The notes under the pieces are model-generated. The model made no database searches and was not told the origin of the DNA. It saw only the letters and a list, made by a program, of their open reading frames with translations. Of a stretch of 64,000 nt of DNA, positions 38,195 through 49,517 are shown one piece after another (the stretch's first letter is position 1; every line of letters begins with the position of its first letter). The DNA is from Mytilus californianus (taxonomy: Eukaryota): positions 91,326,001-91,390,000 of the forward strand of contig NW_026262690.1 in assembly GCF_021869535.1 (NCBI RefSeq), in the 5' to 3' direction. A program made the position numbers and the translations under genes.

Positions 38195-40034
38195 ATATAA
38201 AAATAAGGAGATGTGGTATGATTGCCAAAGAAACTTTATACCAAAGTTCACATAAAATAGGTGTAAGCAATTATAGGCAACCCTACGGCCTTCAACAATG
38301 AAAAAACCCATACTGTATAGTCGGCAATAAAAGGCCCAGACATGAATAATATAAAACAATTCAATTGAGAAAACTAACGGCCTAATTTTTGTCGAGCCTT
38401 CGACTTTTGTCGAAAAAGCGAGACATAGCGATCCTACATTCCGTCGGCGTCGGCGTCGTCGTCGTCGTCGTCGTCGTCGTAGTCGTCGGCGGCGTCCACA
38501 AATATTCACTCTGTGGTTAAAGTTTTTGAAATTTTAATAACTTTCTTAAACTATCCTGAATTTCTACCAAACTTGGACAGAAGCTTGTTTATGATCATAA
38601 GATAATATTCAAAAGTAAATTTTGTAAAAAAAAAAATCCATTTTTTCTGTATTTTACTTATAAATGGACTTAGTTTTTCTGCCAAGAAACATTACATTCA
38701 CTCTGTGGTTAAAGTTTTTGAAATTTTAATAACTTTCTTAAACTATCCTGGATTTCTACCAAACTTGGAAAGAAGCTTGTTTATGATTAAAAGATAGTAT
38801 CCAGAAGTAAATTTTGTAAAAAAAAAATTCCATTTTTTCCGTATTTTACTTATAAATGGACTTAGTTTTTCTGCCAGTTAACATTACATTCACTCTGTGG
38901 TTAAAGTTTTTAAAATTTTAGCAACTTTCATAACTATCCTGGATTTGTACCAAACTTGGACAGAAGCTTGTTTATGATTAAAAGCTAGTATCTAGAAGGA
39001 AATTTTGTTAAAATTTTGTTCAATTTTTTCCGTATTTTACTTATAAATGGACTTAGTTTTTCTTCCAGTTAACATTACATACAGTCTGCAGTTTAAGTTT
39101 TTAAAACATTTATTAGATTCATAAACTATCCTGGATTTGTACCAAACTTGGACAGAAGCTACTTACAATCAAACGATGGTATAGAAAGGAATATTTTTAT
39201 TAATTTTTTTCCTCATTTTTGTTGAGCCTGCGATTAACAGCAAAAGTAGGCGAGACACTGGGTTCCGCGGAACCCTTACGAATTTTTAACAAAACAATTT
39301 ACCAAAAACAAATATGACAGACGTCAACCAACAACAACCACTGAACTATAGGCTCTTGACTTGGGACAGGCACATGTTTGTGAGCACTCAATCCTCCCCT
39401 AACCTGAGACACTGGTGTAACAGTACAACATAAAAACAAACTATAAAAATCAGTTGAAAAAGGCTTAACATAAAAAAAAAAACATACAGGATGTGGCAGG
39501 CCTCATCCCTAACAACAAAAAAGACACTAAGTATAGATCTGAGAGTACTCTCAGTTACTGACAGCTAGTTCAAAGCCAACAACAACTAATTAAGAAAATA
39601 TCAATCAGTACACATCCAACATCCAATGGATTTAGTGTAAGACGTCAGTAACAGTCCGAGAAAAACATGACCTTGTGCAATGCCAAAATATAGGTATCAA
39701 CAGATTGTAGTACTGTTAAAGTACATATGTGTAATATTTAGTATGGTTTTAATTTACTGATAACAAAATCAATATTTATACCAATAAAAACAATATTCAA
39801 AGATTTATTTAGTGTTGAATAGGTAACCATTTATATAAGTTTATTTAAAGGATTTATAAGTTTACCCAGATTGTATCTAAATTTCCGGGCTTGGTTAACT
39901 ACATCACCGTAAAATTTAGGATGTGCTATTCCATGTGAAATAAAGTTTTCTACAGGTACAGCCAAACTTGCAAACCAAATCTTTGTATCTATGGAAGAAT
40001 TTAATAAAGGTTTTAAGTAATTTGTGGTAACGAA
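38195..40034 (-). mobile_element. Second, diverged 5'-truncated Naiad-type PLE copy, split by a HINE insertion at 38386-39287
   Basis: Minus strand encodes RYHKLLKTFIKFFHRYKDLVCKFGCTCRK...HPKFYG...NIDFVISKLKPY* (stop 39740-38), homologous to the C-terminus of the 54-kb copy, followed by a homologous 3' UTR with a SECIS-like motif and the typical 3' terminal repeat. Confidence 0.85.
38386..39287. mobile_element. HINE, family A copy 2, inverted relative to copy 1 (4 units)
   Basis: Near-identical reverse complement of 5618-6686. Confidence 0.88.
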
Positions 40035-43006
40035 TTATCATGTTCTCATCCTGAATATACATTTAGTTTGCCACTGAATGTAAAAAAAGTTTTCCTTTAT
40101 AGAGTTGAAATACCTTTTGGTATCCCATGGATTGTGTTTGATTTAATCATGATTATAAATGTTGCAGCACTTCTTGTTTAGAGGAAACACAGCCTAATTT
40201 TGGTATAATTTGTAATAATGTTTTCATTCAGTGATTATTCAGTATAGACTGTAAGCTTGGCTGTTGTCCTTTTACCTATAAATAAAATGAGATGTGGGGT
40301 ATGCCTCAATGAGACATCAGCCCTACATCAATTACCAGAAGAGTATCTATGCAGTATTCAGTGTATAGATTTTGAACTAGGTCATTATTCTTTTAACTTT
40401 GATTAAAATGAGATGTGGGGGTATGCCTCAATGATACTGCAACCCAAAATCAATGACCAGAAGACATATCTTTGGAAACATATATCCTGTTTGGCTTTAG
40501 ATACAAAGATCACTAGACATGTTCCTCTGCCATTGCTTTTAATCAACATGGAAAATATGCTTAATTTAGAGGGAAAATGTGACACAATTTGCTGTCAGTT
40601 TCTTACATTTTGTCATTCAGCTGCTTCTTAAATTATGTCTTTACAGTTGAAGACAGAATTTTAGGGGAATCCCTACAGAATGTATGGGTCAATCTTTGTG
40701 TCAAATTTCTGACACAAGTAAGACAACTGAAAACAGAGCATTGGCATCACAGATAGAAAAGTTACCAAGATGACAAGTGAGAAAATCCGACTTTATCAAA
40801 TACATTATAGTGTGACCTACATTTCTTGGTTCAATGATCAAAACTTGTGTTAATGAAGTTTGCTTAAGATATGATTTGAATATCCCATAGTATCAACAAC
40901 AACCACCATTTGTATTCTCAGAGGTCTTGCAAAGGCTTTCATCCTATGGATTCTTTTATTTTTGTTGGTACTAATTTTTGTGGATTGAGGAAAAACTGCA
41001 TTTTTTTGTGGATATTTAATTTGTGGTTTTTACAAATTCTGTATACAAACCTATAGGAAATTTGTATTTCATTGCACACCTGAATTCATGGTTCACCTTT
41101 ATTCACAAATATAAGTGGATAATGAATCCATGGTAAGCACAGAGAATATGTGACTCTCCAAACATTAATCATAAAATTAGCACTCTGCAGAACAGACAAG
41201 GAAGTTACAGAGAATTGGAATAAACAAATACAGCACTCAAGGGATAATATTAAAAAAAATAGTCCCAAATGAGATAACAATAAGCGCACCAACTATTAAA
41301 AGCAATGACAAGTGAATGTTTTATCCCCAACATTACATGTTGGTATTTACCATGTGAGAGTTGGGTTGTTTTAGATAAATCATTTGATAAGCCAACTGCC
41401 ATACCTAACCAATCTTTTTTAAATACGTTTTATCAGCAGGACACACTGCCCATTGGACAACAATTCCCAAGTTGAATAAAATTTACATGCACAAAAATTG
41501 AACCATAATTTTGAAGTGCAACATGATTATTTTTGTGAGGCCCAGAAGGAGCAGAGATAGCAACATCTGATATGTTATTTTTATTTCAATAATAATAATA
41601 ATTCCAACAACAAAAGAGAATTGCTCAACCAGAAACACAAAATACAATACATGTATATAAATACTATTATTATACATAAAAATTGGACATTTAGTTCAGT
41701 TTGTACAACAATAATAAAATTAATAGACATTTCATTAGTTTTTTCCAATCAAACTAAGGATTCGTATAGTAAAATAGGAATCCTTTAACAAACTAAACAT
41801 AAAAATAATATATTTAATGGGAGATAACTCTTTGCTTCAATCTATTATTCTACAAAACATTTATAGTTGTCTCCCATTACATCTAAAATGAATACAACGA
41901 TAAAATTATTATGGTTGTGGCTATTGATTGACCAATTGTTGGCTTAATGTCCAGTGGCAAATATTTCATGCATACGCGTATCAACAATAAGTTTATATAT
42001 CAATTTTAGCATGATCTGAAAATTTGTTAAGATAACCAAAAGAAGAGAATGGTTTATGGAATACATCTACTTTTACTAGTACTTGATAAAAATGTATAGG
42101 CAAGGTATAGAAGGTGTCCCCTTCCCAATGGTAAAAGATTAGTTCATATATCTATTTATTTTTTAATTTTTAGTTGAACAAAGAGCATGTAAGTTTCCTT
42201 CTTTAAAATAAAATAAAACATGTTCCTTAAATTGCACTTGAAAACCACATTGTGTTGCTATTAACCTCTTCTCTCTTAAAAAAATAACTAGATCTGATCA
42301 TCTGCCCCCGAAAGCTTATTTTTCTTATGTGAAAATCATGGAAATTTCTAATGGCTACCTACATATCTTCTCAACAATTTACAGGGATGTCATTAATATC
42401 CATTATGAAATAAACAGATCATGAGATTCACACACACACATTTCTAAACCAGGGTTACAATAAAGGTTTGCTTATTTATTTGATTCGATTTAGATCTACT
42501 AAAGTAAATTTGTATTAAGAGATTCAGTGTACGATTATTCGAATAAGTTATTCATCATTTTCGTTAAGAATTGAAAATACATATTCAGCATATTGAGAAA
42601 AAACAATGTACATGTATATAGACATCAGATATTTCATACTGTCAATACTTTTCTACTGAAACAACCTTAACTATGTGTAATAGTGGTCTCAGTTGTCTAC
42701 AATATATATTGTGGATTCATTTATTTTCATGGGTGTTAATTTTCATGGATTAAGGAACAACTGTATTTTCATGTATATTTGATTTCGTGGTTTTGCCAAA
42801 GTCTGCATACAAGTCTATAGCAAATTTGTTGTGTATTTCGTTGAACATTTGAATTCCTGGTTCTCCTGTACCCACGAAATTCACGAAAATTGGTATCCCA
42901 AGATAATAATGAATCCACAGTAAAACATTCTCACAAAAAAGTAATATTTTAAAGAATAAATACACAGGATCATGGAACAGTACAATATAAGTTCTGATAT
43001 AAATAA

Positions 43007-43171
43007 CAGGGGCAGAACCAGGATTTTAGGTTAGTGGAGGGGGGGGGGGGGCGCAAACTTAAATTTTGTTGAGGTAAAATTATCGAAATATTCTTTATTA
43101 AGGTGAGGACAACACATGCTTTGCAAATTTGGGTTGCACGCCCGCCACGCCCCCACCTGAATCCGCCCCTG
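43007..43171. mobile_element. GC-rich MITE with 5-bp TSD (AATAA)
   Basis: CAGGGGC...GCCCCTG termini, TSD at 43002-06 and 43172-76. Confidence 0.8.
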
Positions 43172-44099
43172 AATAAAAGGATATGGGTGATATGTTAATG
43201 GAGATGGCAACTTAACAACACAAAAATAAAAATGAAGGAAATCTAAAAGTATACATTTCTTCTACATATGGCTATAAAATATATAGGTCAATTTCTAAAT
43301 CACCACAAGTCTTAAATCCAACACTTTCATGGTCAATAGTTGACTAATTTGATGCTGTGCAAGGAGTCAACTTTAGCTGGAATTTGTGTCTCTATTACAT
43401 TTAGCTTTACTGATAAAAACTTAAAATACAGCATTTACAGACTCCAAAGCAAGATCGTCTGCTCTTCAAACTCTCAGAAAGTCCAACATTTAATGATTGA
43501 TTGACGAGTTTTTGAGCTTTTGTCCTTGTTTTGAAGGTAACAGATTGTATCTGTATCATTATCTTTTAAAAATAAAGTGTTAATATGAATAAAACAATAT
43601 AATAAGATATGATCCTCTTTCTTTCACAATGTTACAGCATTTGCCATTCAACTATAACCAATGATCTACATTCACTTATATTCTTTTAGCTCATTTTATT
43701 AAAAGCTACTGAAATTTTTAGGGGTATAAAAGTCCAAAATTGTACAGGTAGAACTAAGGTAAAGTCACACAAATATAGCTTTCTAACACATGGAAAGCTG
43801 ATTTTAATAGCTTGCAAAATTTTCCCAATTTCTTGATAAAATTTCAATTCAACTTAATACTTTCAAGTAAATTTTTGTTAAATTTAGGAATGGTTCATGC
43901 TGTAAGATAAGATTCAATGGAAAAATAGAAAACAAAATTATTTCACTGCAATATACATGTATATTTCATCAAAGATCACATTCAAAATTCAACACTGTTT
44001 TCATTTGTGAGACACAATTTCTCTTTTTTTACAGCATTAATTATACATGTATAAATAAATTATTGAATTATCACAAAATAATGGATCTACACATGTATA

Positions 44100-44465
44100 T
44101 TAATGAACAGATCCAGGTCCAAATCTCAGTTCTTTTTCTAGTTGTTCTGCTGTAAATGTTCCATCAATTCTCTCACAGTTTGGATTAAACACAGAATAGG
44201 CACTTAAATGATTTGGATCTCTTTCTGTCCTCATACTGAAGTACATTATAATCAGTACAGATGTGGCAAAATAAACAGCACCAAATTGTATCCGTATAAA
44301 AAAATACCAAAGTCCTAACCACAGAGATAATAACACTGATATCTGTATGTATATAGGAATGTGGTCCAAGAGCTTCTGAATTACTGATTTGGGTTTTGGT
44401 TGCAGAATGTATTGGGTTGGATAATTATTAGTGGCAACTGTTGTTTTCTCCTCCTCTTTCTTGAA
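44100..44465 (-). CDS. SAYSD1: SAYSvFN domain-containing protein 1, exon 2
   Basis: ttgcag acceptor; TM segment LWLGLWYFFIRIQFGAVYF and signature LSAYSVFNPNCERIDGT; TAA at 44102-44100. Confidence 0.95.
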   Translation of the reverse strand, partial: FKKEEEKTTVATNNYPTQYILQPKPKSVIQKLLDHIPIYIQISVLLSLWLGLWYFFIRIQFGAVYFATSVLIIMYFSMRTERDPNHLSAYSVFNPNCERIDGTFTAEQLEKELRFGPGSVH

Positions 44466-45257
44466 CTGCAATAAAAGAAATCAAGTTAAATTTTTTCATG
44501 ATTTTAAGAAAAAGTAAAATGAATGATAAAAAAATTATTAAAACTGAATTTAATACATTGTAAATCATGTTTAAGATACACTTAAAAATTTACAGTAGAT
44601 AGGTTCATAAATTCATGCAACCATAATATTCCAGTGTTAGTATTTTTAGTTATTAATATATTTTCATATATTTTCAATCACTGACTTGGGCAAGCCTTTA
44701 ATCCTTTTTGGGGAATTCTGTGTCCAGAGAGATTTTCTGATATATGTATGGCCACCTGCAGCAGGATTAACAAATCTTTAGGATGTTAAGGTAATAAAGC
44801 TTTTTTGTAAAACTCAACAAGCAATGTTATTTCACCTTGTATGGGCATTTTTACCACAGAAAATAAAACTTGGACATGAATACCTAGGAAAATGTATCCG
44901 TGGACATTATTTAGGGAGCAACCATTTAACTTCAAGGGGGGGGGGGGGTTATGGTTATGGGATGTGGACACTGTCAGCTTTAAAATTTTCACAAACACAG
45001 CCATTTTTTAAAAATGGTGAGTATGTCTCCCCACAGAATTGACTTATTTTAACTACTTTTCAATTTTGAAGGGGGCAGTGCCTGACAAAGTACACATTCC
45101 AAAAGCTTTGTCCTAAAATTGAATTGAAAGTAGCTTTGTAAAATAATAAGCAAAAGTTTTTATAAACATTATTCTACTTTCACTTGAAATTATTGCACGC
45201 CACGTCATCGCGAAAAGAAGAGTAAATCATGGCAAATTAACCTATATCTATAATTAC

Positions 45258-45368
45258 ATATGGAAGTTGAATCCAACTGCAAAATCTAAGAAGCCTCTCA
45301 GACAAAGTTTGAGTCTTGTAATACTGTTTTTGCTTCGCTGCTCTGTATTGAGCCAATTTTTCTTCCAT
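45258..45368 (-). CDS. SAYSD1: SAYSD1 exon 1 (MEEKLAQYRAAKQKQ...WIQLPY)
   Basis: ATG at 45368, gtaatt donor, phase 0; matches the SAYSD1 N-terminus MEQRLAEFRAAR. Confidence 0.85.
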
Positions 45369-45494
45369 GTTTACAATAAAGGAGATATTAGTTTTAGAGT
45401 GTTTTCCGGGGTAGGATCGACGTGATTCATCTTATGCACCAGCTACTGAATAATTGACACAACGCACAACAACTGAGAGCAATTTTTAAATTAC

Positions 45495-45648
45495 CAGAGG
45501 CGTATTTAGGGGGGCAGGGGGCCCGGCCCCCCTTTTGTCGGAAAAATTTGTTTGATTATATAGGTAATCACTGAAGCACGACTGGAGCGGGGCCCCTCTT
45601 AGGCAGTCAGTGGGCCCCCACTTGTGAAAATTTCTGGATCCGCCACTG
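45495..45648. mobile_element. GC-rich MITE with 5-bp TSD (ATTAC), 127 bp upstream of the SAYSD1 ATG
   Basis: CAGAGGCG...CGCCACTG termini; TSD at 45490-94 and 45649-53. Confidence 0.8.
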
Positions 45649-46446
45649 ATTACCTTGCATAGAGTTTGCAGCTATAGGTCAACGTACGACCTTCAACAAT
45701 GAGCAAAACATATACCGCATTAAAAGCTATAAAGTCTCCGAAATGACAATAGTATCACAATTCAAACGAGAAAACTAACGGCCTGATATATATATATATA
45801 TATATGTACAAATGCCAGTGACAGAATATAAGTTCCCCCATAATATTTGTTCCAAAGAACTTTTATCATATAACAAAAGTTCCATTGGGAACTTTCCTTA
45901 TATAATAATTTATCCAATGCTATAAGAAAATTTCCTTCACACAGGATAAAATATCACATAATGAAAGTTCCCAACGGAACCTCAGTTTGTTATATGCTAA
46001 AAGTTCTTTCTTCACACATTGTTGTCAATATAATGGAATTCTATGCGACTGTCATACAAGTGAGAGGTTTAGCTAGCTATAAAACCAGGTTTAATCTACC
46101 ATTTTCTACATAAGGAAATGCCTGTACCAAGTCAGGAATATCATGACAGTTGTTTTCCATTCGTTTGATGTGTTTGAGCTTTTGATTTTGCCATTTGATA
46201 AGGGTCATTCCATTTTGAATTTTCCTTGGAGTTCGGTATTTTCGTTATTATACTTTTTGAAATAAATATTATGGACAATGTTTTGACATTTTTCACCAGT
46301 ATGAAACTTCGAATTGGAACTTTGGTTATGTTATGTAACAAAAGTTCCCTATAACAAATATACTGATTTCTATCATGGTAGCAAATAAGTAACAACAAAT
46401 GAGGCGAAAGCATTTTTAAACATATACATTGTATATACTAAACATT

Positions 46447-46625
46447 CATTGGCGGATCCAGAATGGGGGGGGGGGGGGGCCTGGGGGGCCCGGGCCCCCC
46501 CTTTCGTAGGAAAATTTTGGTTGATTATATAGGGAATCACTGAAGCATGACTGGAGCGCCCCCCCCCCCCCCCCCTTAGGTCAGTCAGCGGGCCCCCCTT
46601 ATGAAAAGTTCTGGATCCGCCACTG
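46447..46625. mobile_element. Same MITE family, 5-bp TSD (ACATT)
   Basis: CATTGGCGGATCCAG...CTGGATCCGCCACTG; TSD at 46442-46 and 46626-30. Confidence 0.82.
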
Positions 46626-49517
46626 ACATTGTTTATATACAGGAATATTTGTTAAATTATAAAAGTTCCAGGATTATATTATAAATGTTCCAGGAATAGT
46701 TATCATGGTTATTAGATAATTAAAGTTCTAGGAATATTTATCATATGATCAAAGTTCAAGGAATATATACTTCAATATCCAAAATTATTGCTAGCTACAA
46801 ATGTATGGAAGTAAATTTTCTATAACAAAATATAGGCATTTTCATCTGAAATACAGGTAGATGTCATCCACAAGGTGAGGTGAGCAGTAATTAAGAAAAA
46901 AAATTTTATGAAGGTGGAAATAATATTATGTAATGTTTTTTCCCAAGAACTTCTATTATCCTTAGTTTTGTTCCAGGGGGAACAATTATTATGCGGAACA
47001 AATATATGTTCACACAAAAACGTGAATAAAATTCGGAAAAGCAAATATGATATGCAGCTTCTAATGACAACCACCAAATTGATGAAATTACAAAAGTAAG
47101 TATCGATAAATTACTCGTTTACGAACAAACTCCATCAGGTACTTTCCGGCGATGAAAAAAGACTGTTCCCGCTATATTTGTATATACCTTTTCTTTTTTT
47201 ACGTTTATTTCACTTAATTCTTCACTGACATTTACAAGATCAACGCGGACCGTTAGTGAATTAAACGAGAGTTCATATTGCCCAAAGTTGTACTCCGAGA
47301 TGATTAAAACCTGAGATTGTAATGACACACAAACAGTGTAATAGTAGTGTCAGACACATGCGCGTGAATCACAGGGGTTTGTTACAATTTCCCATTTCCT
47401 AACCCCGACTCCCACTTACCCTATCGTACTCCCATTTCCCAACCACCTTACTCCAAGACGAAAATCGGTCAATTTTCTTTCCAAGAATATCCCTATTTTT
47501 ATCCCCCTCTTCCCCCAGGTCCCGCCCCCCTCAATCCCATATTTCCTGACCACTGTCCACCACCTCAGAGATTGTATCGGAGTTGATAGATTTACCTTAA
47601 ACAAGGTAAGACAAGAGTAGTAGTGTGGTATAAAAATAGAAAACTGAATATTCAGTGCAAACAGTGAAAAAAAATTCAAATCCTATACCCGGCTGAGCGC
47701 CTGTGGTCTAAGGTAAGACTGAAAATCCTTACACTGCATTTAAGTGACAAGTGCTATTGTAAACAAATACTGAACTGTCATAGCTTCGATCGAAAATATC
47801 AATATAATCAATAAATGAAACATACTGAAGCGATTCAGGCTGTAATCGAACTGCTCAAGTTATCGCGAATACCACACACCATGATTGTTTGTTGTTTGCG
47901 TTACGTGACGTCCAGTGGCAAATTGTTCATGCATATTCAGAACAAGGACAAATAAATAATAAATTCAATAAGGAGGCTGTGCAAAGTGGTTTGGTCGCCA
48001 GCAGAAAATTTTGCAAAGGTTAAATATATCTATTATATACTCCACATAGCTGCTTTACTGAGATATTGACGAACTAGTACCCATATTATGATCATAGATT
48101 GCTTTTTAACGTCCAGAGGCAATTCATTACAGGTTAATGTGATGTCAGCATGAACCCCGTTTTTTTACAAGACCGACACGTTGAGCCGCATTTTATATTG
48201 ATCAATAGTATGATGATCTTCGACCTTTGTTTTTTTTTATAGTCTCATTTGCAATTATAGCACATCTCCTTATTTTCATATACACGTAGTTCACAAGGCA
48301 ACAGTCCGCCTGAAAAAATGTCAACCTGCCCGGACCAGTTCAGACTCACAGTCGACCAATCTTTGCTACCGGGAGATCACCCAGTATAAGTATCAACTTT
48401 CTATTGAAAGAAATGTACATTAGAAAAAACATAAATGACTTTGTTTATGAATCTGATTGAGTTTTCATAAACTTAAGGGTATGATTTACATTTGGTCAAA
48501 ATAACTAATATTAAGTAAAGGTATGTATGCCAACTCTCTGTTTGATGAAAGGACTAAGTTTTATAAAATTCTTTAATGCAGATTTTTGTAGTTTCACCGG
48601 AATGCTTATGCAGAATTTGAAGAAAAAATATTCCGTGACTTTTTATGGTGAGATAATTAATTTTACAGATTTGTAGTATTGTAAGCAAGACCATTATCTT
48701 AGTCCTAAAGTGTAGGAGTTGCTAGGTTTACAGTATTTCTGAACGGTCATGGGATGTCGTTGTCTTCTTGTCATTTATAGAAAAGAGAAAGGTTTTGTTT
48801 CCAAAACGGTCTCTTGCTATTTTCTAAAGACCATACTATAATACCAGATTGGTTTCCCTTCAAACAGTTCCGTACACGATATTCATAGAGAATAAACAGT
48901 AATATTATTCGAGGCTTTTCTTTCTGCATCCTGGTTAATTTAGACTGATCCTGATCGTGTTCTTGCTTTTTCTGGGCTCCCATTCAATTAAACATTAATC
49001 GTTGTTATTTGAACTATCTATCTTCGCTCTAATCTCTACGGACAGACGCGAATTGTCTGTTGATATCAAATGATAACAAGAAATAAAATTGAAAATTAAA
49101 ACGGGGGATATGTCAAAGAGACAGCAACACGACCAAAGATCAGACAACAGCTCAAGGCCACCAAAGGGTCTTCAACACTGCGAGAAAATGCCGAACCCGG
49201 AGGTGGGCTTTAACTGGCCCCTAAACAAAATGTATACTAGTTCAGAGAAAATGGACGTCACACTAAACTCCGAAACATATGAACCAAAATTAAAAAAAAA
49301 CACATAAGACTAACAAAAGCCAGAGGTTCCTGACTTGAGACAGGCGCAAAAATGCTGCGTGATTAGACTTGTTTATCGAAGAAAACATGGCAAAATAGAA
49401 AAGAAAGAATGAGCATCACAATCCAAAAAGCTAAAGCGATGATAGGCGTGGTACTAATTCCAAATGATCTCAAACAGAGGCTTTAAGTGCCAACCTTTTT
49501 ATGTTCGATTATCATTT

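Noticed and set aside
38144-38509. 121-aa ORF with poly-Arg (protamine-like appearance)
   Set aside because: Poly-Arg is the (CGA)n microsatellite of a HINE; the rest is Naiad tail and SINE sequence.
40647-40756. Exon-like segment after ttacag (EDRILGESLQNVW...HHR*) downstream of COG2
   Set aside because: No recognisable homology; COG2 already ends properly at 37641 and the phase does not match the exon 17 donor.
47119-47328. 69-aa protein-like ORF on the - strand
   Set aside because: No motif recognised and no convincing splice partners; left unannotated.
47690-47715. tRNA A-box-like GGCTGAGCGCCTGTGGTCTAAGG
   Set aside because: No B-box or cloverleaf; no intact tRNA or rRNA seen anywhere in the window.
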